Origin: Dehalococcoidia bacterium
GTDB taxonomy: Bacteria > Chloroflexota > Dehalococcoidia > UBA2979
Assembly (NCBI GenBank): GCA_965262725.1
Contig: OZ253555.1
Span: 736,001-800,000 of the forward strand
DNA: 64,000 bases
Direction of reading: 5' to 3'
Part shown: one piece after another, positions 1-10,200 of the stretch
How the letters are laid out: each line of letters starts with the position of its first letter
Position numbering within the stretch: position 1 is the stretch's first letter
The notes under the pieces: generated by a model
Told to the model about the DNA's origin: nothing
The model's input: the letters and a program-made list of their open reading frames with translations, nothing else
The model's database searches: none
Translations under genes and position numbers: made by a program

Positions 1-289
1 GCGCATGCACCACAACCCGGTGAGCGTGGCGCAGTGGCTAGCGCGGGTACTGCGTGGGTGGCTTGGCTACTACGCGGTGCCGACGAGTTATCGGTTCCTC
101 CACCGCTTTGTGCAGACCTTGCTTCGCATGTGGTGGCAGGTCTTGCGGCGGCGGTCGCAACGGGACCGTTTCTCGTGGGAGCGCCTCGATGCCCTGTGCC
201 GGGACTACTGGCCCCGAGTCTCCATCCTCCACCCGTGGCCAACGCAGCGATTTACCGTCAGGACTCAAGGCAGGAGCCGGATGCACTAG
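1..289 (+). CDS. Group II intron RT/maturase, C-terminal part (truncated by window edge)
   Basis: Domain X motif RGWLGYY; no En domain; stop codon lies inside DV. Confidence 0.85.
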   Translation, partial: RMHHNPVSVAQWLARVLRGWLGYYAVPTSYRFLHRFVQTLLRMWWQVLRRRSQRDRFSWERLDALCRDYWPRVSILHPWPTQRFTVRTQGRSRMH

Positions 290-345
290 CGTGCATGTCC
301 GGATCCGTGCGGGGGGTGCCGGGTAACCGGCATCCCTACCGCGAA
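1..345 (+). mobile_element. 3' end of group II intron #1 (class E-like): maturase C-terminus, domain V and domain VI
   Basis: ORF tail WLARVLRGWLGYYAVP...ILHPWP is a typical domain X. DV is GAGCCGGATGCACTAGCGTGCATGTCCGGATC (~274-305). DVI GGGGGTGCCGGGTAACCGGCATCCCTACCGCGA ends at ~344-345. Confidence 0.85.
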
Positions 346-485
346 AGAACCTCACGTCCGGTTCGATGTGGCAGGGGCTGGAGACGGACGCTGCTATGGC
401 CGTGGAGTTGGGCACCACCGGGAAACCGGCTTGGAACTGATGCGCCACCGCCTACGGCTCGCACCGCGCCAGCCCCTGACCCTAC
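345..485 (+). mobile_element. 3' end of group II intron #2: 3' half of domain V plus extended domain VI
   Basis: AAGAACCTCACGTCCGGTTC is the loop and 3' strand of DV only. It is followed by GGGGCTGG...CCAGCCCCTGACCCTAC, homologous to the intron #3 end at 1291-1446. Confidence 0.8.
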
Positions 486-1279
486 ACGACCGGTTGATGG
501 AGGCGGTGGAGGAGCGGATATATGACCGGAAGCTCCTGAAGCTGGTGCGGGCGATGCTCCGTGCCGGGGTGATGGAGTCCGGGGCCGTGCGGCACAGCGT
601 GACGGGTACGCCACAGGGCGGGGTAGTATCCCCGCTTCTGGCCAACGTCTATCTGCACCGGGTTGACCGGGAATGGGAGACGAGGGGCCGGGGAGTGCTG
701 GTGCGATATGCCGACGACCTTGTGGTGCTCTGCGGAACGCAGCGGGAAGCGGATGCGGCGCTGGCGCTGCTCCGTGAGCTGGTCGCCGAGCTCGGACTGG
801 AGCTGAAGGCGGAGAAGACCCGCATCGTGCACCTGGCGGAAGGAGGCGAGGGGCTGGAGTTCCTCGGCTTTGAACACCGGTGGGTACGGGCTAGGCGGGG
901 TTCGAATCTCCGATTCCTTGCACGCTTTCCCTCGCGACGAGCGATGCAGCATGCACGTGACCGCATCCGTGAGATGACGGTGCGGTCACGGTTGGTGTTG
1001 AGCGTGGAGCGCATCGTGCAGGAGGTGAACCGCCTCCTGCGCGGCTGGGCGGGCTATTTTCGTTACGGGAACGTGGCGAAGTCGTTCCGCAAGCTCAGTG
1101 CGTACGCCGCGTTGCGGCTGGTGGTGTGGTGGGGTAAGCGTCGGCGCAGTCGGCAACGTCTGCGGTACGGCGTGTCATACCGCCATGCGACCCGCCTCGG
1201 TCTGCTCTCGCTCAGTGGATGGGTTGTCGCACCGCGGCCGAACCGGTCGTGGCGGGTGAAACCGAATGCCGTCCGGTGA
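486..1279 (+). CDS. ltrA: Group II intron #3 reverse transcriptase/maturase, 3' part (interrupted at 485/486 by intron #2)
   Basis: (H)DRLMEAVEERIYDRKLLKLV, GTPQGGVVSPLLANVYL, RYADD, FLGF and RGWAGYFR (domain X); no En domain. Confidence 0.9.
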
Positions 1280-1446
1280 AGGGCGTCGGTAAGCCGGATG
1301 CGGGAGAACCGCCTGTCCGGTTTGACGGGGAGGAGCTGGAAACGGGCGATATGCCATGGCCGTGGGATTGGGCACCGCGGGGAAACCTGCTCGGAACAAG
1401 AGCGCCACCGGCCTACAGCGCGTACCGCGCCAGCTCCTCACCCTAC
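486..1446 (+). mobile_element. Group II intron #3, 3' portion
   Basis: Intact DV AAGCCGGATGCGGGAGAACCGCCTGTCCGGTTT (1291-1323). Long DVI GAGGAGCTGG...CCAGCTCCTCACCCTAC ends at 1446. Confidence 0.88.
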
Positions 1447-1742
1447 TCGTCCGGAAGTCCGAAACGCGAGTCATGCCCTCGGCTCCCGGATACCGTCCCG
1501 AGTTCTCACGACAACGACCGACGCGCGGCGGGGCCGATCCCGACGGTTGGGGAAAGCCCCGCTTCCCCGGCATCGTCGCATCCTGCGCCACCGGCTGGCG
1601 GAGCCAGCGTTCGCTCGGCTCCTCGTCCCTGAGGGCATCTCTGCTTCGGCGTGTACGGCCGTGCGCGCCGCCCTCTGCGCTCAGGTGCCGGGAGCGCCGG
1701 GGTGCCGGCCGCCGGACAGCCGTGGGGGTGAGGCATGACAGA

Positions 1743-2102
1743 ATGCGCGCCATGGTCGCCACGCTCCCCATCACGACGCTGATTGCTCGTGCCCCGTGGC
1801 GCGAGGCGGTGACGTACCGCGAGACATGGCCCCACGAGTACGTCGTGGTCCGCCGCGACGGGCAGCAGGCGTTGCTCGCCGCCTTCTGTGCCCGCATCGC
1901 GCGCGGGGAGGGTGTCGAGTGCCGCTTCTTCGGGGAGACGCGGCGCTATCTCTTCCTCGGCGATCACAAGTACTGGACGATGACCGACTGCGCCGACATC
2001 GACGTCGACGCCGACGACTACGTCCTCAACCGCGCGCGGCTCTACCGCGACCGCCGCGACTTCGACTTTCGGCCGGGCGACCACGGCACGCGGGACGGGT
2101 AG
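1743..2102 (+). CDS. Hypothetical protein (WPHEY...YWTM motif)
   Basis: Coding-like GC3 bias from ATG 1743/1752; stop 7 nt before the next gene; aromatic-rich globular sequence. Confidence 0.65.
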   Translation: MRAMVATLPITTLIARAPWREAVTYRETWPHEYVVVRRDGQQALLAAFCARIARGEGVECRFFGETRRYLFLGDHKYWTMTDCADIDVDADDYVLNRARLYRDRRDFDFRPGDHGTRDG

Positions 2103-2109
2103 CCTTCCC

Positions 2110-3096
2110 GTGCCCGACGCCCACGACGCCGCCGCCGAACGGTTGGCCGTTCACTCGCTGTGGCACCACGAGGCACTCGACTTCACGCGATGGCTGGCCG
2201 CGAACCTCGGCGTGCTCGGCGACGCGATCGGGCTGCGGCTCGAGCTCCTGGAGCGCGAGCACGCGGTCGGCCAGCTCTGGCTCGACATCCTCGCGTGCGA
2301 CGCCGACGCAGACGTGAAGGTGGCGATCGAGAACCAGCTCGCGGCGGCCGACCTCTCGCACCTCGGCCAGCTCATCACCTATGCGACGGGGAGCGACGCC
2401 CCCACCGCCGTCTGGGTCGCGACGGCGTTCCGGCGCGAGCTCGCCGACGCGCTGGACCTCCTGAACGCCTGGACCCGCGACGACGTCCGCTTCTACGCCG
2501 TCCAGGTGGAGGTCGTGAGGCGCACCGGGGACGGCGATCCGGTGCCCCGGTTCCGCAGGGTCGTCTGGCCCGGCGGACGGGACGAGTCGCTCGTGCTGGC
2601 CGCCGCGGAGCCGTCGCCCGAGGCCCGGCGCTACCAGGAGTTCTTCGAGCCGTTGATCGCGGAACTGCTGCGGACGGGCTTCGCCGGGCGCGCCGTGCAG
2701 CACTTTGACCACACGGGGCGGTTCTTCCGCTCGCGCCTCGATCCCGGCATCGGCTACGCGGCGTCGTTCTGGAGGGGTGCCGCGTTTGTCGGGCTCCACA
2801 TCCGCATGGACGACACTGCCCACACCAAGCGCGTCTTCGACGCGCTGCACGCCGACCGGGCAGGCATCGAGGCCGACCTTCCCGCGCCAGGCGGGTCGGA
2901 GTGGTCGTGGCTGCGGCACGACGCCTACACGTTCTCCAGCATCAACCTCCGCCGCGACGGCGCGATCCACGACCCTCCGGACCGCCTCGCCGAGACGCGG
3001 GAGTGGATGCTCGACACGCTGCCGCGGCTTCGCGCCATCTTCGACCCGCGCCTCGCGGTGATCCTCGAAGGCGTCCGCGCGCCGAACGGTGAGTAG
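2110..3096 (+). CDS. DUF4268-domain protein with N-terminal PD-(D/E)XK-like nuclease region
   Basis: LWHHEALDFTRWL, LDILA...VAIENQL...DLSHLGQLITYA motifs; C-terminal DUF4268-like region. Confidence 0.8.
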   Translation: MPDAHDAAAERLAVHSLWHHEALDFTRWLAANLGVLGDAIGLRLELLEREHAVGQLWLDILACDADADVKVAIENQLAAADLSHLGQLITYATGSDAPTAVWVATAFRRELADALDLLNAWTRDDVRFYAVQVEVVRRTGDGDPVPRFRRVVWPGGRDESLVLAAAEPSPEARRYQEFFEPLIAELLRTGFAGRAVQHFDHTGRFFRSRLDPGIGYAASFWRGAAFVGLHIRMDDTAHTKRVFDALHADRAGIEADLPAPGGSEWSWLRHDAYTFSSINLRRDGAIHDPPDRLAETREWMLDTLPRLRAIFDPRLAVILEGVRAPNGE

Positions 3097-3339
3097 CGCC
3101 GCGGGCGAGACGGCCGCCCGTGGCGGCAACGTCTCGTGGCTCTGCCACGCGACCAGGAGCGCACGCCCGCACCGCCTGAGTCGCTGCCGCGCCGGACCGC
3201 TCCGCCCGTTCGGGCTCCGCCCTCGCACGGCCCACACCCCGTCACCGATAGGCGGATTACGGTCACCGGCACGACCTGGGAGGTCCGTCCGCTGGTCGGT
3301 CGACTCATCCTCACCATTGAGGACGCGTGGCGTTCGCGC

Positions 3340-3634
3340 TCGATACCTCCCGAACGTCCTTTCTGCTCCGGCCAAACCGGAGACCGTGGACGCGCCGCGG
3401 CGACCCTCGACGCCGCGCGTAGCGGGGATCGTCCCGCCGGAGACGTGGAACCGATTCGGTCGGACGATTCTCCCGAAGCTCCAGGCGGGTGAGAATCTGC
3501 GTGTCGACATTCAGATGTTGGTGGATGCCGACGGTCAATCGATGGGAAGCCTGGAGGCGGACATCACGCGGGCGATCAGCGAATTGGCACTGAGCGATCG
3601 GCTTCGCGTTGAGCGCGAGGATCCCCGGACGTAG
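3340..3634 (+). pseudogene. Probable C-terminal gene remnant (resembles tails of DUF1156/DUF499-system proteins)
   Basis: GIVPPETWNRFGRTILPKLQAG...LALSDRLRVE reads like real protein, while the upstream part of ORF 3089 reads like noncoding sequence. Family recalled from memory only. Confidence 0.35.
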
Positions 3635-4818
3635 AGGGGCGGGAACGACCCACCCGAGACACAGCTCCAGTGAGCGACGGCTGCCCGCGGTGATCGAGGC
3701 CCGCTCGCGCTACCCGGGCGGGTAGCCGGCGGCCACCGCAGCGACCGCTCGTCCGCCGCCGCTATCAGATGGTCGCGAGCCGGCCGGACACGGACCGTGC
3801 ATCGACGGCATCACTCGCGCCACCCGAAGTGTTACAGCCAGCGGTCGTGCTGCTGGGACAGTTGATCGCTCATTCCGATGTAGCCGAGGCGGAGCATGTC
3901 GTCGATCACGTCGAGCACGCGCCTTCGGAGACCGGGATCTCTGGTCTCCTCGTGCAACCGCACGACGAGCGGTACGAGATCGTAGGCTGGTGCGGCGTCT
4001 CGTGATGTGACGCCCCCGGCCCTCGACCCGTAGGCGTCGACCGCACGTTCAGCCAACTCACAAACCTCGAGGGGGAGCGGTTCATGGGACCGCTGCAAGG
4101 CGTGGGCAAGGCCCGCCACATCGGCGTCGAGACCGATCGATCGCACGTACGCACCGAGCAGCGATCCGCGCTTCGCCACGTCGTCCGGCTCCAGTACGTC
4201 CCAGCACTGAGCCGCGGCGTGGCGCACAGGCCGGCTCTCATCCCCAAAGAGAGCCTTCAGGCGCTCCTCGCACTCCGCGCCGGTCGTCGGGTCCGCAACG
4301 TTCTCGGCATAGACAATGGCAGCGCCGACTCGGGCGTTCTCACCGAGGCCGAGTACGAGATCGGCGTCCTCGCGTGCCTCCTCTACCCTGAGGCTCGCGA
4401 GCGTCATCTGTCTCGCGCCCGCCTCGAGAGTCGTCGGCTCTGAGCATGCAAGCGTCCTCAAGAGCGTCGGTCGGATTGCTAGGTAGTCGCGGTACATCGC
4501 GAAGTGGACGAACCTCTGCACGAGCCCGCTCCCAAGGATCGGTTCCGCTCCGTCGATCAACCGCTCGAAGCCAAGAAGAGCTTCCTCGCGATGGGTGTCC
4601 AGGATGGCGAGGAGGCACTCCACCGCCACCGACCGCACGGCGAGCACTGAATCGACAGTGAGCTTCTCGACCGTGGGCTTGAGGGCCGACCAGCGATTCC
4701 TGTCCGCAAAGAGCAGCGTGGCCAGCGACTGCGCGGCCCTTCCTCGGGCTGAGTTGATGGCCTGAGTGATCGGGGCCACCTCGCGATCACCGTTCTCATC
4801 GGCCAGCCAATCATCCTC

Positions 4819-5996
4819 TAGTGTCCTGATTCGTAATAGCGACAGATAACGGGTATGGTGGCACAGCGGGGTTTTGCCCCATGGGGCAGACTCTGGAGTG
4901 TCATGAGCACCCGAATCGGACGGCCGACGGTCGCGATCGTCCTGAGCGACGAGGAGCGTGAGACGCTGGAGCGGTGGGCGCGCCGGCCGACATCGGCCCA
5001 GGCGCTGGCGCTGCGCTGTCGCATCGTCCTGGCAGCGGCCGAGGGGACATCGAATAAAGCGATCGCCGCGGCGCTCGATTGCCATCCGGTCACCGTCGGC
5101 AAGTGGCGCCGGCGCTTTGCGCAGGGGCGGCTCGATGGGCTACAGGATGAGCCGCGCCCCGGGGCGCCGCGCACGATCGCCGATGCACAGGTGGAAGCGG
5201 TGATCGTCACGACGCTGGAGGAGCAGCCTCCCAACGCGACGCACTGGTCGACCCGATCGATGGCAGCCGCGGTCGGGATGTCGCAGTCGGCGATCTTCAG
5301 GATCTGGCGCGCCTTCGGCCTGAAGCCGCACCTCGTGGAGAGCTTCAAGCTGTCGCCCGACCCGCAGTTCATCGACAAGGTGCGCGACGTGGCCGGGCTC
5401 TATCTCAACCCGCCCGACGCGGCGGTTGTGCTGTGCGTGGACGAGAAGACCCAGATCCAGGCACTCGACCGCACCGCGCCGACGGTGCCGATGATGCCCG
5501 GCGTCCCCGCCCGCCAGACGCACGACTACATCCGTCACGGCACGACGAACCTCTACGCGGCGCTCGATGTCGCCTCGGGATGCGTGATCACGGAGATGAC
5601 CCCCCGGCACCGGGCTCGGGAGTTCCAGCAGTTCCTCGCCCTCATCGACCAAAGCGTTCCCCGTGAGCTGGCGGTGCATGTCGTGCTCGACAACGTCTCC
5701 ACGCACCGCACGCCCGCCATCCAGCGCTGGCTCCAGCGCCATCCCCGCTTCACCTTCCATTTCACGCCGACCTACAGCTCCTGGATGAACCTCGTGGAGC
5801 GCTGGTTTGCAGAGCTCACCAGCAAGTGGCTCCGGCGCGGCACGCACCATAGCGTCCCTGATCTGATCCGCTCAGTGGAGATGTGGGTCGCCAGCTGGAA
5901 CGAGAATCCGAGGCCCTTCATCTGGCACAAGTCCGCGGACCAGATCCTTGACAACCTCGCCGGATATCTAGAGCGCATCCCTGAATCGGGACACTA
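4819..5996 (+). mobile_element. IS630-family insertion sequence
   Basis: Terminal IRs TAGTGTCCTGATTC (4819-) and GAATCGGGACACTA (-5996); TA duplicated within CTAG. Confidence 0.93.
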
Positions 5997-5997
5997 G
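4903..5997 (+). CDS. IS630-family transposase
   Basis: N-terminal HTH, VLCVDEKTQIQALDR, VLDNVSTH, HFTPTYSSWMNLVERWF (DDE); stop overlaps the right IR. Confidence 0.95.
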   Translation: MSTRIGRPTVAIVLSDEERETLERWARRPTSAQALALRCRIVLAAAEGTSNKAIAAALDCHPVTVGKWRRRFAQGRLDGLQDEPRPGAPRTIADAQVEAVIVTTLEEQPPNATHWSTRSMAAAVGMSQSAIFRIWRAFGLKPHLVESFKLSPDPQFIDKVRDVAGLYLNPPDAAVVLCVDEKTQIQALDRTAPTVPMMPGVPARQTHDYIRHGTTNLYAALDVASGCVITEMTPRHRAREFQQFLALIDQSVPRELAVHVVLDNVSTHRTPAIQRWLQRHPRFTFHFTPTYSSWMNLVERWFAELTSKWLRRGTHHSVPDLIRSVEMWVASWNENPRPFIWHKSADQILDNLAGYLERIPESGH

Positions 5998-7205
5998 GGG
6001 TTCTCTGAACAGGTCGCCGCGTCGTTACTGGAGCACATGCACACTCCGATGACTATATGCGATCATGGCACTCCTCCGGGAAAGGGGAGCGCTGCCATGC
6101 ATCAGCCGACATTCGCGAGAGTCGAGTTCGAGCGGGATGGCTACAAGACGCGCCGCCAGAAGTTCCTCGAACGGCTGGATGGCCTCGTCCCGTGGCAGAG
6201 GTTCGAAGCAGCCATCGAGCCCCACTACCCGAAACCGGGCCGCGGGCGGAGGCCCTACCCGCTCTCCGTGATGCTGCGCATCCATACCGTGCAACTCTGC
6301 TACAACCTCAGCGACCCCGGCATGGAGGATCTGCTCCACGAGGCCGAGTCGGTGCGAGCCTTTTGCTTCCTCACGCTCTCCGAGCCCATCCCCGACGAGA
6401 CGACGATCCTCAACTTCCGGCACCTGCTCGAGCGCCACTCCCTGGGTAGCAGGATCCTCCAACTCATCAACGAGCACCTCACGAGCAAGGGATTGAAGCT
6501 GAGCGAGGGCAGCATCGTGGATGCGACCATCATCTCGGCGCCATCGTCGACGAAGAATCGCGGGCGGGCGCGGGACCCGGAGATGCATCAGACCAAGAAG
6601 GGGAAACAGTGGTTCTTCGGGATGAAGCTGCACATCGGCGCCGACAGGGATACTGGACTGGTCCACAACTTCACGACCACGCCTGCGAACGTGTCGGACG
6701 TGTCTGAGACGCACCGCCTGCTGCACGGCGAGGAAGCCGAGGTCTACGGCGACGCCGGGTACCGGGGCGTGCAGAAGAGACCCGAGAACGCGGACTCCAG
6801 GGTCAAGGACTGGAACGTGGCGATGCGCCCGGGCCTCCGGCGTGCGCTCGACCCGGAGAGTCCTGAGGCCGTCGAGGAGAAGCGGAAGGCATCGGTGCGA
6901 GCGCTGGTGGAGCACCCGTTCTACAGCGTGAAGCGGCGCTTCGGCTACGCCAAGGTGCGGTACCGGGGTCTCTTCAAGAACCACGAGCGGTGTGCGGTCT
7001 TGCTGGGGTTCCACAACCTGCTCACCGCGAAGCCGCACCGTGCCTGACCGTGGGTGGAGTGCGCCCTCCCCGCCCCACACGGGGCGAGGAGGGGAGCCAC
7101 AGGGGCCCGCGAGGGGGCGGATATGACCACTGTCATCGGGAATCCGCCTGAGAGCGCCTGACCGCGGCGAAACTGGGTCGCTAGACCCACCTGATCAGAC
7201 TTGCC
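5998..7205 (+). mobile_element. IS5-family insertion sequence
   Basis: Imperfect 17-bp IRs GGGTTCTCTGAACAGGT and ACCTGATCAGACTTGCC, flanked by CTAG at 5994-5997 and 7206-7209. Confidence 0.9.
6097..7047 (+). CDS. IS5-family transposase
   Basis: GRRPYPLSVMLRIH, IPDETTILNFRHLLE, IVDATII, RDPEMHQTKKGKQWFFGMKLHIG, VRALVEHPF...VRYRGL. Confidence 0.95.
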   Translation: MHQPTFARVEFERDGYKTRRQKFLERLDGLVPWQRFEAAIEPHYPKPGRGRRPYPLSVMLRIHTVQLCYNLSDPGMEDLLHEAESVRAFCFLTLSEPIPDETTILNFRHLLERHSLGSRILQLINEHLTSKGLKLSEGSIVDATIISAPSSTKNRGRARDPEMHQTKKGKQWFFGMKLHIGADRDTGLVHNFTTTPANVSDVSETHRLLHGEEAEVYGDAGYRGVQKRPENADSRVKDWNVAMRPGLRRALDPESPEAVEEKRKASVRALVEHPFYSVKRRFGYAKVRYRGLFKNHERCAVLLGFHNLLTAKPHRA

Positions 7206-10200
7206 CTAGGATGAGGCGCCGTCTCCGCGATCTCGCAGAGCATCTGGACGATATCCTCGGGCACCTCCTCGTCCGCCAGAGTTCCAATCGCATCTGCGAG
7301 TGTGTCCTCTATCCCCGTAACCCCGATGGCGGCGATGCGCCGCAGGATGCTGCATACCTGATCGCGTGTCCCGGGCCGCTCCGCCCCTGGCGGCCCGGTG
7401 AGTCCGCGCAGAATCGCTGCGAAGTAGGCGGAGTGATACGAACCATCCATCTGCTCAGGAAGACGCGCGAAGCGGCCCGGATCCTCGCGGACGAGTTCCT
7501 CAAGCCCGCGAGACAGCTCATGAGCGCCGCCGACGATCCGCCCGCCGCGAGCCGCACCCTCTCGGTCATGACGGTAACGTGCCATCGCCGCAAGCCACTG
7601 CGCATCCGTCATGAGTCGCTGACTCGCCGGCGAGATCGGCGGGCCCACCCACTGCGGCTTGAAGTCCTCGTGCGATGGTGGTCGCGGGGCTCCGCGCTCA
7701 GCAGCGTCCGTGTAGCGTCGTTCGAGCTCCTCGATCCGGCGGCGCGCGATCTCGCTGAGCCGCTTCTCGTCCATGGCGCAGAGGAGAGCCAACGCCGTGC
7801 GGCCAACGAACCGGTGCTGCCGTTCCCAATTGGGAGTGAACTCCAAGATGGCGGACTCTAGGTCGGCAAACGACTTGTCGGAGCACTGAGGCGAGGCCGC
7901 GGCAATCGCCGTGCGGCTAATCGCCGCGAGCATGTCTGTCCCGCCGGCGGCACTGCTGTACCCGATGTCGAGCCGGCGGTCTGGTGAGTCCAGGAGGAAC
8001 CGTACCACTCGTTCGGCATACCGCTCCGGGTTGGCACTCCAAGCTCGGAGCAGAAGCGCCGACATCCACTTGCTATTCCCCAGTCGCTCCGCCTCGACGA
8101 GGGCATCGAGTGCCTCAGGATCCTCGCGGGCGACCCGGCCCATCGCATCCACGAGGGCGTCTCGGAGTTGCTGGTCTGGACCGCCCCACCGGCTCGGTGC
8201 CGCGATCCGCTCCTTCGGGACGGCTAGGTCGAAGCGCGCTAGCCGCGGGAAGAGCTCCCTGGCGAATTGCACTGGGGCCGCTTCGGCGCACGTGCGGATC
8301 AGGTCGCCGCTGTACTGGCTATGTGGTACCAGTTTGAGGCCGTACTGGAATGGGTCACCCTCACCGAGCCCCGCGGCGCGTGCGATCTGCCGGTCAAACC
8401 ACGTACCGAGCACCCTGATGGCGAACTCCGCTTGTTCGGTACCCAGTCCGCGCCACATCAACCACCAGTCGTCGTTGCCAGCGATTCCCGGACGGGCATC
8501 GTCGAGCGTGCCATCCCGGATGAGCGCGACAGCGAGCTCTTGCATTTCCGCGCTGGTGCGGCCGTGCCGACCCTCAATGAGCCACCGGAGCCGCCCGCTC
8601 CACTCCTTGGAGGTGCCTCGGAATCCTCGGACCAGCGCCGCGACCTCCGCGGACCTCTCGTCCAGCACATGGGGCATGCGGAGCAGCCACAGGGCGCGGT
8701 TGACCTGCAGTTCGTCGGATTTGAGCCATTCCTCCCAGCGTCCCATCGCCTGCAGGATGTCGAACCAGGGCACGGAGTTCCGCGCGACTGTCCACGCGTG
8801 ATCGCCGAGCGTCTCGGCGAGCCCCTCAACCACTCGCCACTCATCCGACGTGGGATCGGGAAGCCCGCCGAGCCAATCGAGCACGAGCTGCTTGATGTGG
8901 AAGCGGGTGTCACTGTGGCTCAGCAATCCCCTGAGTGCTGTCAGATAGGAACGTCGATCGGACTCACGATCACGCAGAAACGCCAGCACCTGCCGGACTT
9001 GCGACCGTTTGAAGAGGTGCTGCTCGTCCTCAAGTAGCCACTGGACGATATTCTTGTTCGAGCGCACGAAGGCCCTCGAGAACGCGTAGTCGAAGAACGA
9101 CTCGTGGAAGAAGCCGACATAGTCGTTCTGGACGTAGACGACGCTCTCGGACGCCAACACGCTGAGTGCCTCGCCGTACTCGTCCAGGACGAACGCGGGC
9201 GCGACGAGCGATTCGCGCCGGCTGAGTTCATCAGACAGGCGCCCAAGTGCATGAGACCAGATCCTCATGTCGCCATGGAGCCGTTGGGAGACGGCGGCTG
9301 ACTTGTGCTCCCAGAACGCATCGTAGAGGTCTGCAGCGCTTGCGAATTCGATGTGGTGGGAGTCGGTCGACTCCAGCAGAAGGCGCAGGTGCAGAGGGGT
9401 CGAGAGGATCGCGATCTGCTTCTGGCTCAACCCCGCTGGGTCGAGCCCCGCAGCCGCGATCGCCGACCGGATGACCTCTTCCTTGAGCGGCCCGACAGCA
9501 ATGCGTGCGACACGCTCCCGATCTTCGGCGAGCCCGCGCAGTCGGGGGTCGCGGTCGAAGTCGAAGGAGCGGCACGCAAAAAGGATGCGCATGTTCGGGT
9601 ACGTTGTCCGGGCCTCTTCGAGCGTTTCGTTGAAGGCACCCCAGACAGCCTGGTTGCGAGCGGACACGACGCTCATCGCGTCGAGTTGGTCGACGACCAG
9701 AACAGATGGCCGGCCGCCCGCGAACTCCCCCAAAGTGATCGCTGGGGACGCCGGCAGCCCGAGCCGTGTGCCGATTGCCTGAGCGTGTTGATCGCCGCTC
9801 TCAAGCGTGTCCAGCCGAACGACGAGATACGGAACGTTCTCCGCCTCAAGTTGCTCCATCAGCTGCACCAGCACACAGCTCTTCCCGCTACCGGCCGCTC
9901 CTTCCAGCACGACCGACTTCCGCTGCTCGAGCAGAGCATCTAGTGCGGTCGCCGCCTCGTCCCGAATGATCTGGTCGCGATTGATGAGGCGAGACCGCAC
10001 GTCCTCCAAGTGGGAGCGGTTGCGCCGCTGGATTTGCCCACGTACGTCCGCGTCACCCACGAGTCGCGACCTCAAGAGTCCGTGCGCTGCAAGATCGTCG
10101 AGGACCGCCTCGCCAGTGAGACGCCTGCCGAGGTTGTCAGTCAGGAAGTCGCCGATCAGGAGCTTCGCGGCCCGAGGATCGACGGGCCGTCCATCCGCAG

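Noticed and set aside
368-485. N-terminus of ORF 368-1279 as part of the RT
   Set aside because: This stretch is domain VI RNA of intron #2 that happens to be open in frame; RT homology starts at 486.
1-1279. Retron, DGR or CRISPR-associated RT
   Set aside because: YADD plus domain X followed by DV/DVI identify group II intron maturases; no TR/VR pair, msr-msd or cas genes are visible.
4822-5085. N-terminus of minus-strand ORF 3832-5085 as a separate gene start
   Set aside because: It is antisense IS630 sequence; only 3832-4821 belongs to the STAND gene.
4811-7215. IS pair as a reversible on/off switch for the defence gene
   Set aside because: Excision under standard TSD rules leaves a frameshift and immediate TGA, so simple reactivation is not supported.
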